A stretch of DNA of 64,000 nucleotides from NCBI GenBank assembly GCA_963787195.1, contig CAWBCI010000073.1, positions 18,582 to 82,581 on the forward strand, read 5' to 3'. Shown here piece by piece: positions 30,966 through 39,053 of the stretch. Position 1 is the first letter of the stretch. The number at the start of each line of letters is the position of its first letter. The notes below the pieces were generated by a model. It searched no databases. It had not been told where the DNA came from and worked only from the letters and a program-made list of their open reading frames with translations. The position numbers were made by a program, and so were the translations under genes. The stretch comes from an uncultured Bacteroidales bacterium (GTDB lineage Bacteria > Bacteroidota > Bacteroidia > Bacteroidales > JAGOPY01).

Positions 30966-32147
30966 CTATTCCTCTGCAAATAGATCCGAGGCTATTCCAT
31001 CGGCAAATAATTTGCCTTCATCCGTCAAATAATAAACTTCCGTTTTCTGAATGATCTGTCCTTTCTCAAGAAATTTTTGCACTCTGCTGCGGAAATGCTC
31101 ATAATAATCACTTCCGAAAGCATGCAAAATATGTTCCGGATCACAGCCCCAGCTTGTGCGCAGCGAGGTCATCACATATTCATTATAACGTTCGGCAAGC
31201 GTAAGTATCTCTTTTTCAAATCGTAAATTCGGGGAAGCATTTGGAACGATATAGGAATTGATGCCCGGCAAATTCCACTGTCTCGAAGAGCCGTTAAAGG
31301 AGTGGGCCGAGGGCCCCAGTCCAAGGTAATTGCCGCCCAGCCAGTAAAGACTGTTGTGTTTGGAATAATAGCCTTCCAGGCTGAAATTGGAAATCTCATA
31401 GTGGATATAGCCATGTTCCCTTGTTTGTTCCATCAGTATTTTGAATTGCTCCGCTGATTGAACTTCGTCGACGGGGGCCGCTTTTTTCTTGCGGATAAGG
31501 TGAAACAAGGCGGTTTTTTCTTCCACTGTCAAGGCATAGGCCGATAAATGGGGAATGTTGAGGCTGAAAAATTCGTTCAGGTTTTGCAGCCATTTCTCAT
31601 GGCTCAATGTCGGAATTCCATAGATTAAATCGATCGTAAGGTTTTCAAAACCGGCATCCCTCGCTATTTTTATAGCGTCTCTCGCCTGGGAAGCATTATG
31701 GACCCTGTTAAGGTAATGCAGGTCATCATCGAAAAAAGATTGTATCCCTATACTCAGGCGGTTTACCGGGGTATTTCTCAATTCAGTTGCTTTTTGAGGA
31801 CTCAGGTCATCGGGGTTGGCCTCCAGGGTGATCTCGGCTTTTTCGGATATATTGTGATAACGGCCAAGCTCTTCGAAAATGGAATTCAGTTCATTCGGAT
31901 TTAAAAGACTTGGGGTGCCTCCGCCCAGGTAAATTGTCTCGATTTTTTCTCCTCCCAGATAATCCTTTTGTTGCCCAATTTCATTCAACAGAGCCTTTAT
32001 GACTTCATCTTTCTGATTCAATGTGGCGACTGAAAAGAAGTTGCAGTAATGGCATTTCTGCCGGCAAAATGGGATATGGATATAAATACCTGCCATGATC
32101 AGGCAAAGGTATATACTTTGAGCAAAAAGCCCGACACGATCGTTCAA
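30966..32147 (-). CDS. hemW: Radical SAM heme chaperone HemW (HemN-like)
   Basis: IYIHIPFCRQKCHYCNF is the CxxxCxxC motif. The true start is probably the internal Met at about 32096 (MAGIYIHIPFC). Confidence 0.85.
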   Translation of the reverse strand: MNDRVGLFAQSIYLCLIMAGIYIHIPFCRQKCHYCNFFSVATLNQKDEVIKALLNEIGQQKDYLGGEKIETIYLGGGTPSLLNPNELNSIFEELGRYHNISEKAEITLEANPDDLSPQKATELRNTPVNRLSIGIQSFFDDDLHYLNRVHNASQARDAIKIARDAGFENLTIDLIYGIPTLSHEKWLQNLNEFFSLNIPHLSAYALTVEEKTALFHLIRKKKAAPVDEVQSAEQFKILMEQTREHGYIHYEISNFSLEGYYSKHNSLYWLGGNYLGLGPSAHSFNGSSRQWNLPGINSYIVPNASPNLRFEKEILTLAERYNEYVMTSLRTSWGCDPEHILHAFGSDYYEHFRSRVQKFLEKGQIIQKTEVYYLTDEGKLFADGIASDLFAEE

Positions 32148-32158
32148 GCTGCATCCAG

Positions 32159-32497
32159 TTATTCGTAGCCGCTCTTAATAACAGTCATAATCATTTTGAA
32201 GCGTCCGTTGGGCTTTACAATATTTGGGGCGTGGGCAGGTATTACAATAGATTCCCCGGTCAGCAATTCTTTCGGCACCCCATCGATAACAATTGTGGCT
32301 TTTCCATCAATGATCTCTACAAAAGTGTCGAAAGCTATGGTTTTTTCACTTAATCCCTGTCCGGCATCAAATGACATAACGATTATCTTTCCTGTTGATT
32401 TTTTCAGGATGGTTCTTATGGCTACGGAATTTGGCACATACCCGATAACATCTGCCGTAATATGCGCAATTGATTTTTTAATTTCATTTGTATCCAT
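32159..32497 (-). CDS. Cupin domain protein
   Basis: It is 112 aa and has the single-cupin pattern GESIVIPAHAPNIV. Confidence 0.65.
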   Translation of the reverse strand: MDTNEIKKSIAHITADVIGYVPNSVAIRTILKKSTGKIIVMSFDAGQGLSEKTIAFDTFVEIIDGKATIVIDGVPKELLTGESIVIPAHAPNIVKPNGRFKMIMTVIKSGYE

Positions 32498-32544
32498 AAT
32501 TCAAACCCTCCTGAATTTATCCCTAAAGCAGAGAAAATTATATA

Positions 32545-32653
32545 AGGCGGCATTCTTTTTCCGCCTTATTTAATTTCTTTTGTCGCTCAATCAGTATACT
32601 TTCCTGCTTAGACTTTGATATTCTTGCCAGATTAAGCATGGGGCAAAAATCTA
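32545..32653 (-). ncRNA. Candidate sRNA or 5' leader (sibling 1) ending in a hairpin with a U-rich tail
   Basis: It lies downstream of module U1. It ends at the hairpin AAGGCGG-AAAAAGAAT-GCCGCCTT followed by ATATAATTTT. Only a 33-codon ORF is present. Confidence 0.3.
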
Positions 32654-32659
32654 ACCTTA

Positions 32660-32729
32660 CAAAGGTGATACAAATCCTTTCTGAAATCATTACACAATTA
32701 AAGAAAAGAATTACAACATTCACATATTT
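32660..32729 (-). promoter_or_regulatory. 70-bp tripartite promoter module U1
   Basis: caaaggtg is at 32660-32667 (reverse complement CACCTTTG). TTACACAATT is at 32690-32699 and TTACAACATTCACATATTT at 32711-32729. The spacings are 30 and 21. Confidence 0.6.
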
Positions 32730-32856
32730 TAATCATGTAATAAACTAATATACAAAAAGATAAATAGCTTGCTAATAAAAATTATCACATTCAGGATTTT
32801 CGGGGTGGAGAATGAAAACACAATATTAAAATGGAAATTAGGGGATATTTTACTAT

Positions 32857-33060
32857 AAAAAAAGCCCTGCTGTTGGATTTTCAGCGGGGCTTGAATGGAA
32901 CGCTTAAACTACGCATTTTGGAACGCTTCTTTAACCTTGTCTTAATACATTATTTTTGTGAATAATTGACTTAAATAACCGGATTGGCAAGTCCGGAAAA
33001 AACTTCAATCTCAATTTACTTATTCAAATATTGTACGCTATAAATTGATGATTGAAAATC
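32857..33060 (-). ncRNA. Candidate sRNA (sibling 2), about 200 nt
   Basis: It runs from module U2 to the terminator AGCCCCGCTG-loop-CAGCAGGGCT plus U7 (32857-32891). The longest ATG ORF is 12 codons. CGUUCC occurs twice. Confidence 0.45.
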
Positions 33061-33066
33061 ATTTAG

Positions 33067-33136
33067 CAAAGATGGGACCTCAATTGTCAAAAATTATTAC
33101 ATAATTTTCGAAAAAATTTACATAATTCACACATTT
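33067..33136 (-). promoter_or_regulatory. 70-bp tripartite promoter module U2
   Basis: caaagatg is at 33067-33074, TTACATAATT at 33097-33106 and TTACATAATTCACACATTT at 33118-33136. Confidence 0.65.
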
Positions 33137-33196
33137 AAAAAACATAATTATTTATATAATTAATGAAAAATAAAATTAGCAGGATAAGGAAATTCC

Positions 33197-33324
33197 AAAA
33201 AAAGTCCCGCTATTAAGTTTTATTAGCGGGACTTAAATTAAACACATATACTCCCAAACCCATGAAAGCTTCTTTATTGATTATTTATTATTATCTATTC
33301 TAGATATTAATTGTGGAACGATTG
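33197..33324 (-). ncRNA. Candidate sRNA (sibling 3), about 130 nt
   Basis: It runs from module U3 to the terminator AGTCCCGCTA-loop-TAGCGGGACT plus U7 (33197-33233). The longest ORF is 16 codons. It shares AAAGAAGC(G/U)UUC and CGUUCC with sibling 2. Confidence 0.45.
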
Positions 33325-33330
33325 ATATTA

Positions 33331-33400
33331 CAAAGATGGGGTATCAAGCTCCCAAAAATCTTACATAATTTCTGAAAAAATTTACATAATTCACACATTT
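33331..33400 (-). promoter_or_regulatory. 70-bp tripartite promoter module U3
   Basis: caaagatg is at 33331-33338, TTACATAATT at 33361-33370 and TTACATAATTCACACATTT at 33382-33400. Confidence 0.65.
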
Positions 33401-33496
33401 ACAAATGATAAACTGTGTTTATAATTTAGGAATGAGCCCTTTAAGGCAATATTCATAAGGCACACATAGACTAAGAAGCAAATCATTGAAAATTTT

Positions 33497-33566
33497 TAAT
33501 GTGTGAATGATGTAACTTATTACTAAAGTTTTGTAACACTAATGGAGAACAGCTTATATAACTTTA
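33497..33566 (+). promoter_or_regulatory. 70-bp tripartite promoter module U4 (only + strand copy)
   Basis: TAATGTGTGAATGATGTAA is at 33497-33515, AGTTTTGTAA at 33527-33536 and TAACTTTA at 33559-33566. The ATG of the downstream gene is at 33631. Confidence 0.65.
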
Positions 33567-33630
33567 TGCCATAGTAGAAATTGATGAATCGCTGCCCCGC
33601 CAGATGCGGATATCATAAAAAATAAAATAA

Positions 33631-34707
33631 ATGCAAAAAGATAAATTAACAAAACTTGCATGCGCGAGAAGTAATCCCTGCGTGACTATTTCAATGAACA
33701 CACACCGTACATTTCCGGATAATCAGAAAGATGTGATAGAACTGAAAAAACTCAAGCTGGAGGCATATAAGCAGGTGAAGAATGAATTTGGACAATTTCC
33801 GCTGAGTGATCTGCTTGAAAAAATTGATGGTCTGGATGAGGAAATAGACATTAACTATAATTTGGAGAGCATACATATATTCCTGTCTGACTCGACAACT
33901 GAAATAATAAAATCATCGTGGCCAATACCGCAAAATATCGTTTCTGTTGCTGATAAATTTGTGATCAAACCATTGATCAAAGATTTTAACCGCATGGTAG
34001 AGTATCTTATCCTCTTGCTTTCTCAAACCGATGTGCGCTTATTACATGCCATTAATGACGGTATAGCCGAAGAAATAAAACCCGATGATTTTCCCTTTAC
34101 AACAAATCCGCATTTTACAGTTGAGGAGGATAAAGCCGGCAATGATCAGCATCTTGATAATAAATTTCTGGAATTTTATAATCAGATAGACAAAGCCCTT
34201 TTAAAAATTTACAACAAAAACAAGATGAAAGTTGTGGTGATAAGTACTGAACAGAACTGGAGCCACTTGATGCAGGTTGCTGACAAAGCATCAATTTATT
34301 ATGGGACCCTTAGCATTAACAACAAGGATTCGGCAAATCATTCAATCGCAGCAAATGCATGGAAAATCGTAAGTGCAATACAGGAAAAAGGAAGGGGCCA
34401 GGCTATTCAGGAAATGAAGGACGCTGCCGGACAAGGAAAGGTAATTACCGATTTGTCTGAAATGTACAGGGCTGTCAAAGAGGGAAGGGGTGATTTATTA
34501 ATTGTTCACGACGACTTTCACCAGGCCGTAAAAATGACCGGCGAATTGACATTCGATTTAGTAAGCGATCTCACTCAGCCGGAAGTGATAGATGATATTT
34601 CAAGCGATATGGCCTGGGAAGTCATTTCTAAAAAAGGCCGTGCAATATTTACGAATCAGGATGAGCTTAAATCGCTGGGAAACATTGCTTTAAAAGTCCG
34701 ATATTAG
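33631..34707 (+). CDS. baeRF-like (bacterial archaeo-eukaryotic release-factor-like) family protein
   Basis: The N-terminal PCVTISMNTHRTFPDNQKDVIELKKLKLEA resembles the VSIYxPTHR..Q..IRLKNL signature. The C-terminal GRGDLLIVHDD and the ending ALKVRY also fit. This call rests on recall, not a search. Confidence 0.45.
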   Translation: MQKDKLTKLACARSNPCVTISMNTHRTFPDNQKDVIELKKLKLEAYKQVKNEFGQFPLSDLLEKIDGLDEEIDINYNLESIHIFLSDSTTEIIKSSWPIPQNIVSVADKFVIKPLIKDFNRMVEYLILLLSQTDVRLLHAINDGIAEEIKPDDFPFTTNPHFTVEEDKAGNDQHLDNKFLEFYNQIDKALLKIYNKNKMKVVVISTEQNWSHLMQVADKASIYYGTLSINNKDSANHSIAANAWKIVSAIQEKGRGQAIQEMKDAAGQGKVITDLSEMYRAVKEGRGDLLIVHDDFHQAVKMTGELTFDLVSDLTQPEVIDDISSDMAWEVISKKGRAIFTNQDELKSLGNIALKVRY

Positions 34708-34785
34708 TTATAGTGCCAAACAGGACAGTTAAGGAGATGATGCTTATAGCTGTAGCAGAGCCTCATGAAAAATATGAGAAGCTTA

Positions 34786-34826
34786 AAAAGAAAAAAGCCG
34801 GACTCAATTTTGAGCCGGCTTTTTTA
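34786..34826. terminator. Bidirectional terminator hairpin between convergent genes
   Basis: The sequence is A-run, GCCGGACTCA-ATTT-TGAGCCGGC, T-run. Confidence 0.6.
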
Positions 34827-34850
34827 AGCATTAAACCAAAAAACAAAAAC

Positions 34851-35609
34851 CTAAAGCGCAATTATACCTGTATCGGTCGATATCCCCACAACGACAATAA
34901 TACCGCTTATGGTGACGGCTTCCATTGGAAAGGGGGGCGTAACGGTAATATCATAGATGCCTGCAGCTAGTCCCGCTAGCAGAAAATCTCCATTTCCATT
35001 GCATACCGAAGAAGATATCATACCATTTGAGTTAGCTGTTATTAAAGCAATCACACCGACAGGGCTAATGCTTCCTCTTATAGATCCGCTTATAGCCTCG
35101 TCTATGGTCCTGATCACGGGCTTTAACTGGTATTCACCATTGCCTTTTAAAACAATGGATTGGTTTGCATCAAAATCAAGCAGGATCTTATATAAAACAC
35201 CCGGTTCAAAGGTTTGGTGAATTTGCAGTTTTAGTCCCGACTGCATAGCACTTGGGGTGCTCAGCGGGTAAACAATACCGTCGACCATCACGGTGTTATC
35301 AGAACCCAGGATCAGGCGGATTTGTGAAACTGTTCCGGCATCCAGGTCTCCTGTAGCAAGAATTGTATCGAGACCGTTTGTAAAATCCAGTAGATTATAA
35401 ATACCGATGCTTGTATTGAGTACAACGGTACTTCCGCCACTTCCGGTAATTTGTGTGCCCTGAACATCTATCATTACCGCATCATAGTTAGCGGGAGCGT
35501 CTGTCAGGCTGACTGTGAGATGCGCCTTAGCCTTATTTGCATCTTTATTACAGGCAGTGACCAGGCTAAGCGCTAAGCCGATAAATATCAGAAATTTTAT
35601 TTTTTTCAC
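34851..35609 (-). CDS. DUF4382 domain lipoprotein
   Basis: It has a lipoprotein signal (LVTACN). LTVSLTDAPANYDAVMIDVQ is typical of DUF4382. Confidence 0.6.
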   Translation of the reverse strand: MKKIKFLIFIGLALSLVTACNKDANKAKAHLTVSLTDAPANYDAVMIDVQGTQITGSGGSTVVLNTSIGIYNLLDFTNGLDTILATGDLDAGTVSQIRLILGSDNTVMVDGIVYPLSTPSAMQSGLKLQIHQTFEPGVLYKILLDFDANQSIVLKGNGEYQLKPVIRTIDEAISGSIRGSISPVGVIALITANSNGMISSSVCNGNGDFLLAGLAAGIYDITVTPPFPMEAVTISGIIVVVGISTDTGIIAL

Positions 35610-36403
35610 TGATATAGTAGTTTATAGAGTTCCTTCAGGTCAGGAGAAAGGATAATTTCAGTCCTGCGGTTGGCTGCCCGCCCTTCCGCTGTTTCATTCG
35701 TTTCTACCGGGTGATATTGGCTTCTGCCTGCTGCCGTGATACGGATTGGATCAAAACCATCGTCTTTTGTCAGGATGCGCACAATTGAGTTGGCCCTTGC
35801 AGTGCTGAGTGCCCAGTTATCTTTATACTGAGCTGTACTGATGGGGACATTGTCAGTATGCCCTTCAATCAGCACAGAAATGTCTTTGGTGTCGTTCAGC
35901 ACCTTGGCAAGAGCTTTAAGGGCTTCTTTCCCTTTAGGGTTCACTACATCACTGCCTGATTTGAATAATAATTTTTCAGTAAGAGATACATAAACATTTC
36001 CGTCTTTAATGTACACGGAAAGTTCATCAGCTTTATATTTCAGGAGTGCATCGGCAACTGTATTTTTAAGATTGTTCATTAAATCCTTTTGCGATTGAAT
36101 CAGGGTCTGAAGGTCTCTCAGCCTTTTAGCCTGGTCGGCAATCGTCATTTTTGATTCACTTGTAAGGACTGCGAGGTCCTTTTGGATTGAAGCATTATCA
36201 TTTTTTAGGCCGGCCATATCTGTTTTCAGGTTGGTGACCTGCATGCTGCAATCATTCAGCTTGGTCTGTTGGCTGGCATTTTCTTTTTGGAGCTTTGCTA
36301 CATTGGCTTCAGAGGCCTTGAATTTTCTGGTAGGAACACAGGAAGTGAATACCAGTGAAAAAACCAGGGGCAGGAACAGCAGGGTGCGTAATTTTCTTCT
36401 CAT
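35606..36403 (-). CDS. OmpA-family protein with N-terminal coiled coil
   Basis: It has a lipoprotein-like signal (FTSC). The OmpA_C motifs are LIEGHTDNVPI, NWALSTARANSIV and NRRTEIIL. Confidence 0.85.
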   Translation of the reverse strand: MRRKLRTLLFLPLVFSLVFTSCVPTRKFKASEANVAKLQKENASQQTKLNDCSMQVTNLKTDMAGLKNDNASIQKDLAVLTSESKMTIADQAKRLRDLQTLIQSQKDLMNNLKNTVADALLKYKADELSVYIKDGNVYVSLTEKLLFKSGSDVVNPKGKEALKALAKVLNDTKDISVLIEGHTDNVPISTAQYKDNWALSTARANSIVRILTKDDGFDPIRITAAGRSQYHPVETNETAEGRAANRRTEIILSPDLKELYKLLYQ

Positions 36404-36537
36404 TTTTTTGTGTTTTTTAATAAATGAATATTTAATTTATGATGAATATTTTCAGAAATCCTAAGTAATTACAGCCGGAATGTGAATTATCAGTGTATAT
36501 GGTCCGGGAAAAACTTTATAGGTTTTATTGACAGGCT

Positions 36538-36741
36538 TCAATCCTCTTCCAGATCATAATAGTCCCATCCTCCTAAACTGGTAAAAGTGCCCTCTCCATC
36601 TAAACTTCCTGTGTAATTTTGATTTTCTCCCACTTCTGAACTACGCATACCAAATTCTTCGCCCGGGTTACTGTCGTTAAAATCATTGACTCTTCCTGTC
36701 ATCTGAACAGGCAGATTCATTTTGTCGTCTGTTGTTTTCAT
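36538..36741 (-). CDS. Small acidic hypothetical protein
   Basis: This 67-aa ORF is the first ORF downstream of module U5. It is Asp/Glu/Gly rich. Confidence 0.4.
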   Translation of the reverse strand: MKTTDDKMNLPVQMTGRVNDFNDSNPGEEFGMRSSEVGENQNYTGSLDGEGTFTSLGGWDYYDLEED

Positions 36742-36913
36742 TTTTACTCATGTATTATGAATTATTACTGTTTAACGACCCGGTATAACTGCGATGAATC
36801 AGAGATCGTTCTGCTCAATTTATCCCTGCAATGTGGCACACTTGATTTTCTTCAGCTTTTATTATTTTACATGTGGGTGAAATTTGATTTTGGGGAAGAA
36901 TGAAGCGTAAGCA

Positions 36914-36983
36914 TAAAGATCGTTATCATAAAAGCAAAAAGCATTACACAATTCCTGAAAAATCTTACATAATTCACACATAT
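36914..36983 (-). promoter_or_regulatory. 70-bp tripartite promoter module U5
   Basis: taaagatc is at 36914-36921, TTACACAATT at 36944-36953 and TTACATAATTCACACATAT at 36965-36983. Confidence 0.6.
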
Positions 36984-36993
36984 ACAGGTTTAA

Positions 36994-37166
36994 TCAATGA
37001 GACTCAATTTTTTCAAGCGAAGCGAAGAAAAAATTTTTAGTCGAATTGATCCCGAAAAGACGAAGTCTTATTCAGGATCTGATGGGACTAAATTCCCCGT
37101 CTCTTGAGACGAATAAGAGATATTTCCTTAAGATACCCTGCTGCTTGCGACAGGGTAGTTTATTAA
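36994..37166 (+). repeat. Structured intergenic repeat, copy 2 of 3 (with 5' extension)
   Basis: TCAATGAGACTCAATTTTTTCAAGCGAAGCGAAGAAAAAATTTTTAGTCGAATTGATCCCGAAAAGACGAAGTC... matches copies at 16212 and 58756. It overlaps the 3' end of CDS 37072..38673. Confidence 0.8.
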
Positions 37167-38673
37167 GGCAATTACGAATTTCAGGCTTCCTTTTTTTCCG
37201 CAATCCGTATACTGTTCTGAAGTGAAATCCATAAATGGAATATTCAATTGCATCAGCCATCAAACCTGGCCGCCTGATAAGGGTCCAGATCAGTAATTTC
37301 CAATATTCCCTCCGGCCATTATTTATTAAACCGATGATGAAAATTGATTTAAGAAATGCTATAATCGTGGTCAGATCCAATCGGAATGGTTTCGTGTAAA
37401 AAGGTTTATAATTGAGTAATAAACTCCGTAGCCTTTTATAATATGGTTTGGTGGCGTAGATATCCCGGATTATTTTTTTATAGCCTGAAATCAATTCATT
37501 GGGGTTCATCCGGGGAATGAAATTCAGTGACAGGTCGGTATTGCTTCCGGTAGGTTCACTGATCAGGCGGTCTTCAGCCTCCATGCGTTTATAAAGTCGT
37601 GTGTTTTTAGGGACATTTAATAAACCCACCATAGCTGAGACTATCCCGCTTTGCTGAATAAAATCAATCTGTTTTTGAAAAACCGAAGGCGAATCGCTGT
37701 CGAAACCCACGATAAAACCTCCGGAAACCAGCAAACCAGCTTGTTGCAATTTGCTAACGTTTTGAAGGAGGTCACGGTTTTGGTTCTGGACCTTATTGCA
37801 TTCCTGCAGTGAATTTTCATCAGGGGTTTCTATTCCGATAAATACAGCCTTGAAGCCCGTTTCGACCATAAGTTTAATGAGTTCATCATCATCGGCCATG
37901 TTAATGGATGCCTCGGTATTAAAATTAAATGGGTAATTGTGTTCCTGCATCCAAATTTTCATAGCGGGAAGTAAATCATGTTTTATTATGGCTTTATTTC
38001 CAATAAAATTATCATCAACTATAAACACATTTCCACGCCATTGCAAATCATACAAGGTTTCCAGTTCCTTCAGGATTTGGGAAGTCGATTTTAACCGGAC
38101 CCTGTGGCCGAACAGGGAAGTTATTTCACAGAATTCGCATGAAAAGGGGCATCCTCTGGATACCTGTATGTTCATAAAAGCATACTTATTTCTGGCTAAT
38201 AAATGAAAATCGGGCGCCGGCGTTTTTGTTATATCTGCGAACTCGTTGGTTCTGTACATTCTTTCCGGATGACCATCCTGCAGGTCTTTCAAAAATAATG
38301 GAAATGTTATTTCGGCTTCATTAAGTATAAGATGATCAATTTGAGGATAGTTTTGAGGCTCCTGAGTAAAGAGGGGCCCACCGGCAACTATTTTCACACC
38401 TAATTTTAAACACTCATCTATTACCAGGCTGACCGATTCCTTCTGAATATACATGGCGCTCATAAAAACGTAATCGGCCCATTCAATATCTGTTGTTTTT
38501 AGAGGATCTACATTCATATCCACCAGCTTTTTCTGCCAGTCTGAAGGCAGCATAGCCGATACAGTTATTAAACCAAGGGGGGGCACAGCAGCTTTCTTTG
38601 AAATAAAACGTAAAGCATGCTTGAAATTCCAGAAGGAATCAGGGTATTGCGGAAATATTAATAAAACCTTCAT
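37072..38673 (-). CDS. B12-binding-domain radical SAM protein (DUF4070-type C-terminus)
   Basis: The N-terminal MKVLLIFPQYPDSFWNF..PPLGLITVSAML is a cobalamin-binding-type domain. The radical SAM core is SRGCPFSCEFCEI. The last ~30 codons are encoded by repeat copy 2. Confidence 0.75.
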   Translation of the reverse strand: MKVLLIFPQYPDSFWNFKHALRFISKKAAVPPLGLITVSAMLPSDWQKKLVDMNVDPLKTTDIEWADYVFMSAMYIQKESVSLVIDECLKLGVKIVAGGPLFTQEPQNYPQIDHLILNEAEITFPLFLKDLQDGHPERMYRTNEFADITKTPAPDFHLLARNKYAFMNIQVSRGCPFSCEFCEITSLFGHRVRLKSTSQILKELETLYDLQWRGNVFIVDDNFIGNKAIIKHDLLPAMKIWMQEHNYPFNFNTEASINMADDDELIKLMVETGFKAVFIGIETPDENSLQECNKVQNQNRDLLQNVSKLQQAGLLVSGGFIVGFDSDSPSVFQKQIDFIQQSGIVSAMVGLLNVPKNTRLYKRMEAEDRLISEPTGSNTDLSLNFIPRMNPNELISGYKKIIRDIYATKPYYKRLRSLLLNYKPFYTKPFRLDLTTIIAFLKSIFIIGLINNGRREYWKLLIWTLIRRPGLMADAIEYSIYGFHFRTVYGLRKKRKPEIRNCLNKLPCRKQQGILRKYLLFVSRDGEFSPIRS

Positions 38674-38740
38674 GGTTTCTGATATTGTAAGGATGTCGAA
38701 TTAACATCCATGGAGCATAACCATGATTAAACCGGACAGC

Positions 38741-38953
38741 CTATTTTTTTTTGTACGACTGCCATAGAACTACTCCGCCTATTCCCATAACCGCAATACC
38801 AATCAGGGGTGACCAATTGAGGTAATGTGGTTTGTTCCTGGTGATTTCAAGAGTCCCGATATCAACCACTTTCTCTCTGGTGAATATCGTCACTGCTGTA
38901 AAAATGGTCAGCGCCAAACCAATAATTATGATGAGAATGCCAAGTTTTTTCAT
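38741..38953 (-). CDS. Small two-TM membrane protein
   Basis: This 70-aa ORF has its start 28 nt downstream of the -7-like box of module U6. Confidence 0.5.
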   Translation of the reverse strand: MKKLGILIIIIGLALTIFTAVTIFTREKVVDIGTLEITRNKPHYLNWSPLIGIAVMGIGGVVLWQSYKKK

Positions 38954-38980
38954 TTCTTTTTCCCCATGAATATCATAGAT

Positions 38981-39050
38981 GAAAGATAAGAAAGATAATA
39001 CCTGAAAGCATTACACAATTATTGATAAAAGTTACATGATTTACATATTT
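38981..39050 (-). promoter_or_regulatory. 70-bp tripartite promoter module U6
   Basis: gaaagata is at 38981-38988 (reverse complement TATCTTTC). TTACACAATT is at 39011-39020 and TTACATGATTTACATATTT at 39032-39050. Confidence 0.6.
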
Positions 39051-39053
39051 TCA

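Noticed and set aside
32538-32723. A 61-aa - strand ORF.
   Set aside because: It starts inside module U1 and ends in the hairpin. Only the internal 33-codon part could be real, and I have no support for it.
34713-34970. An 85-aa + strand ORF.
   Set aside because: It spans the bidirectional terminator and then runs antisense into the DUF4382 gene.
36455-36500. GGAATGTGAATTATCAGTGTA, which resembles box 2 of the module in + orientation.
   Set aside because: No box 1 or -7-like box lies at the fixed 21- and 30-bp distances, and no + strand gene is downstream. I treat it as a chance or degenerate match.
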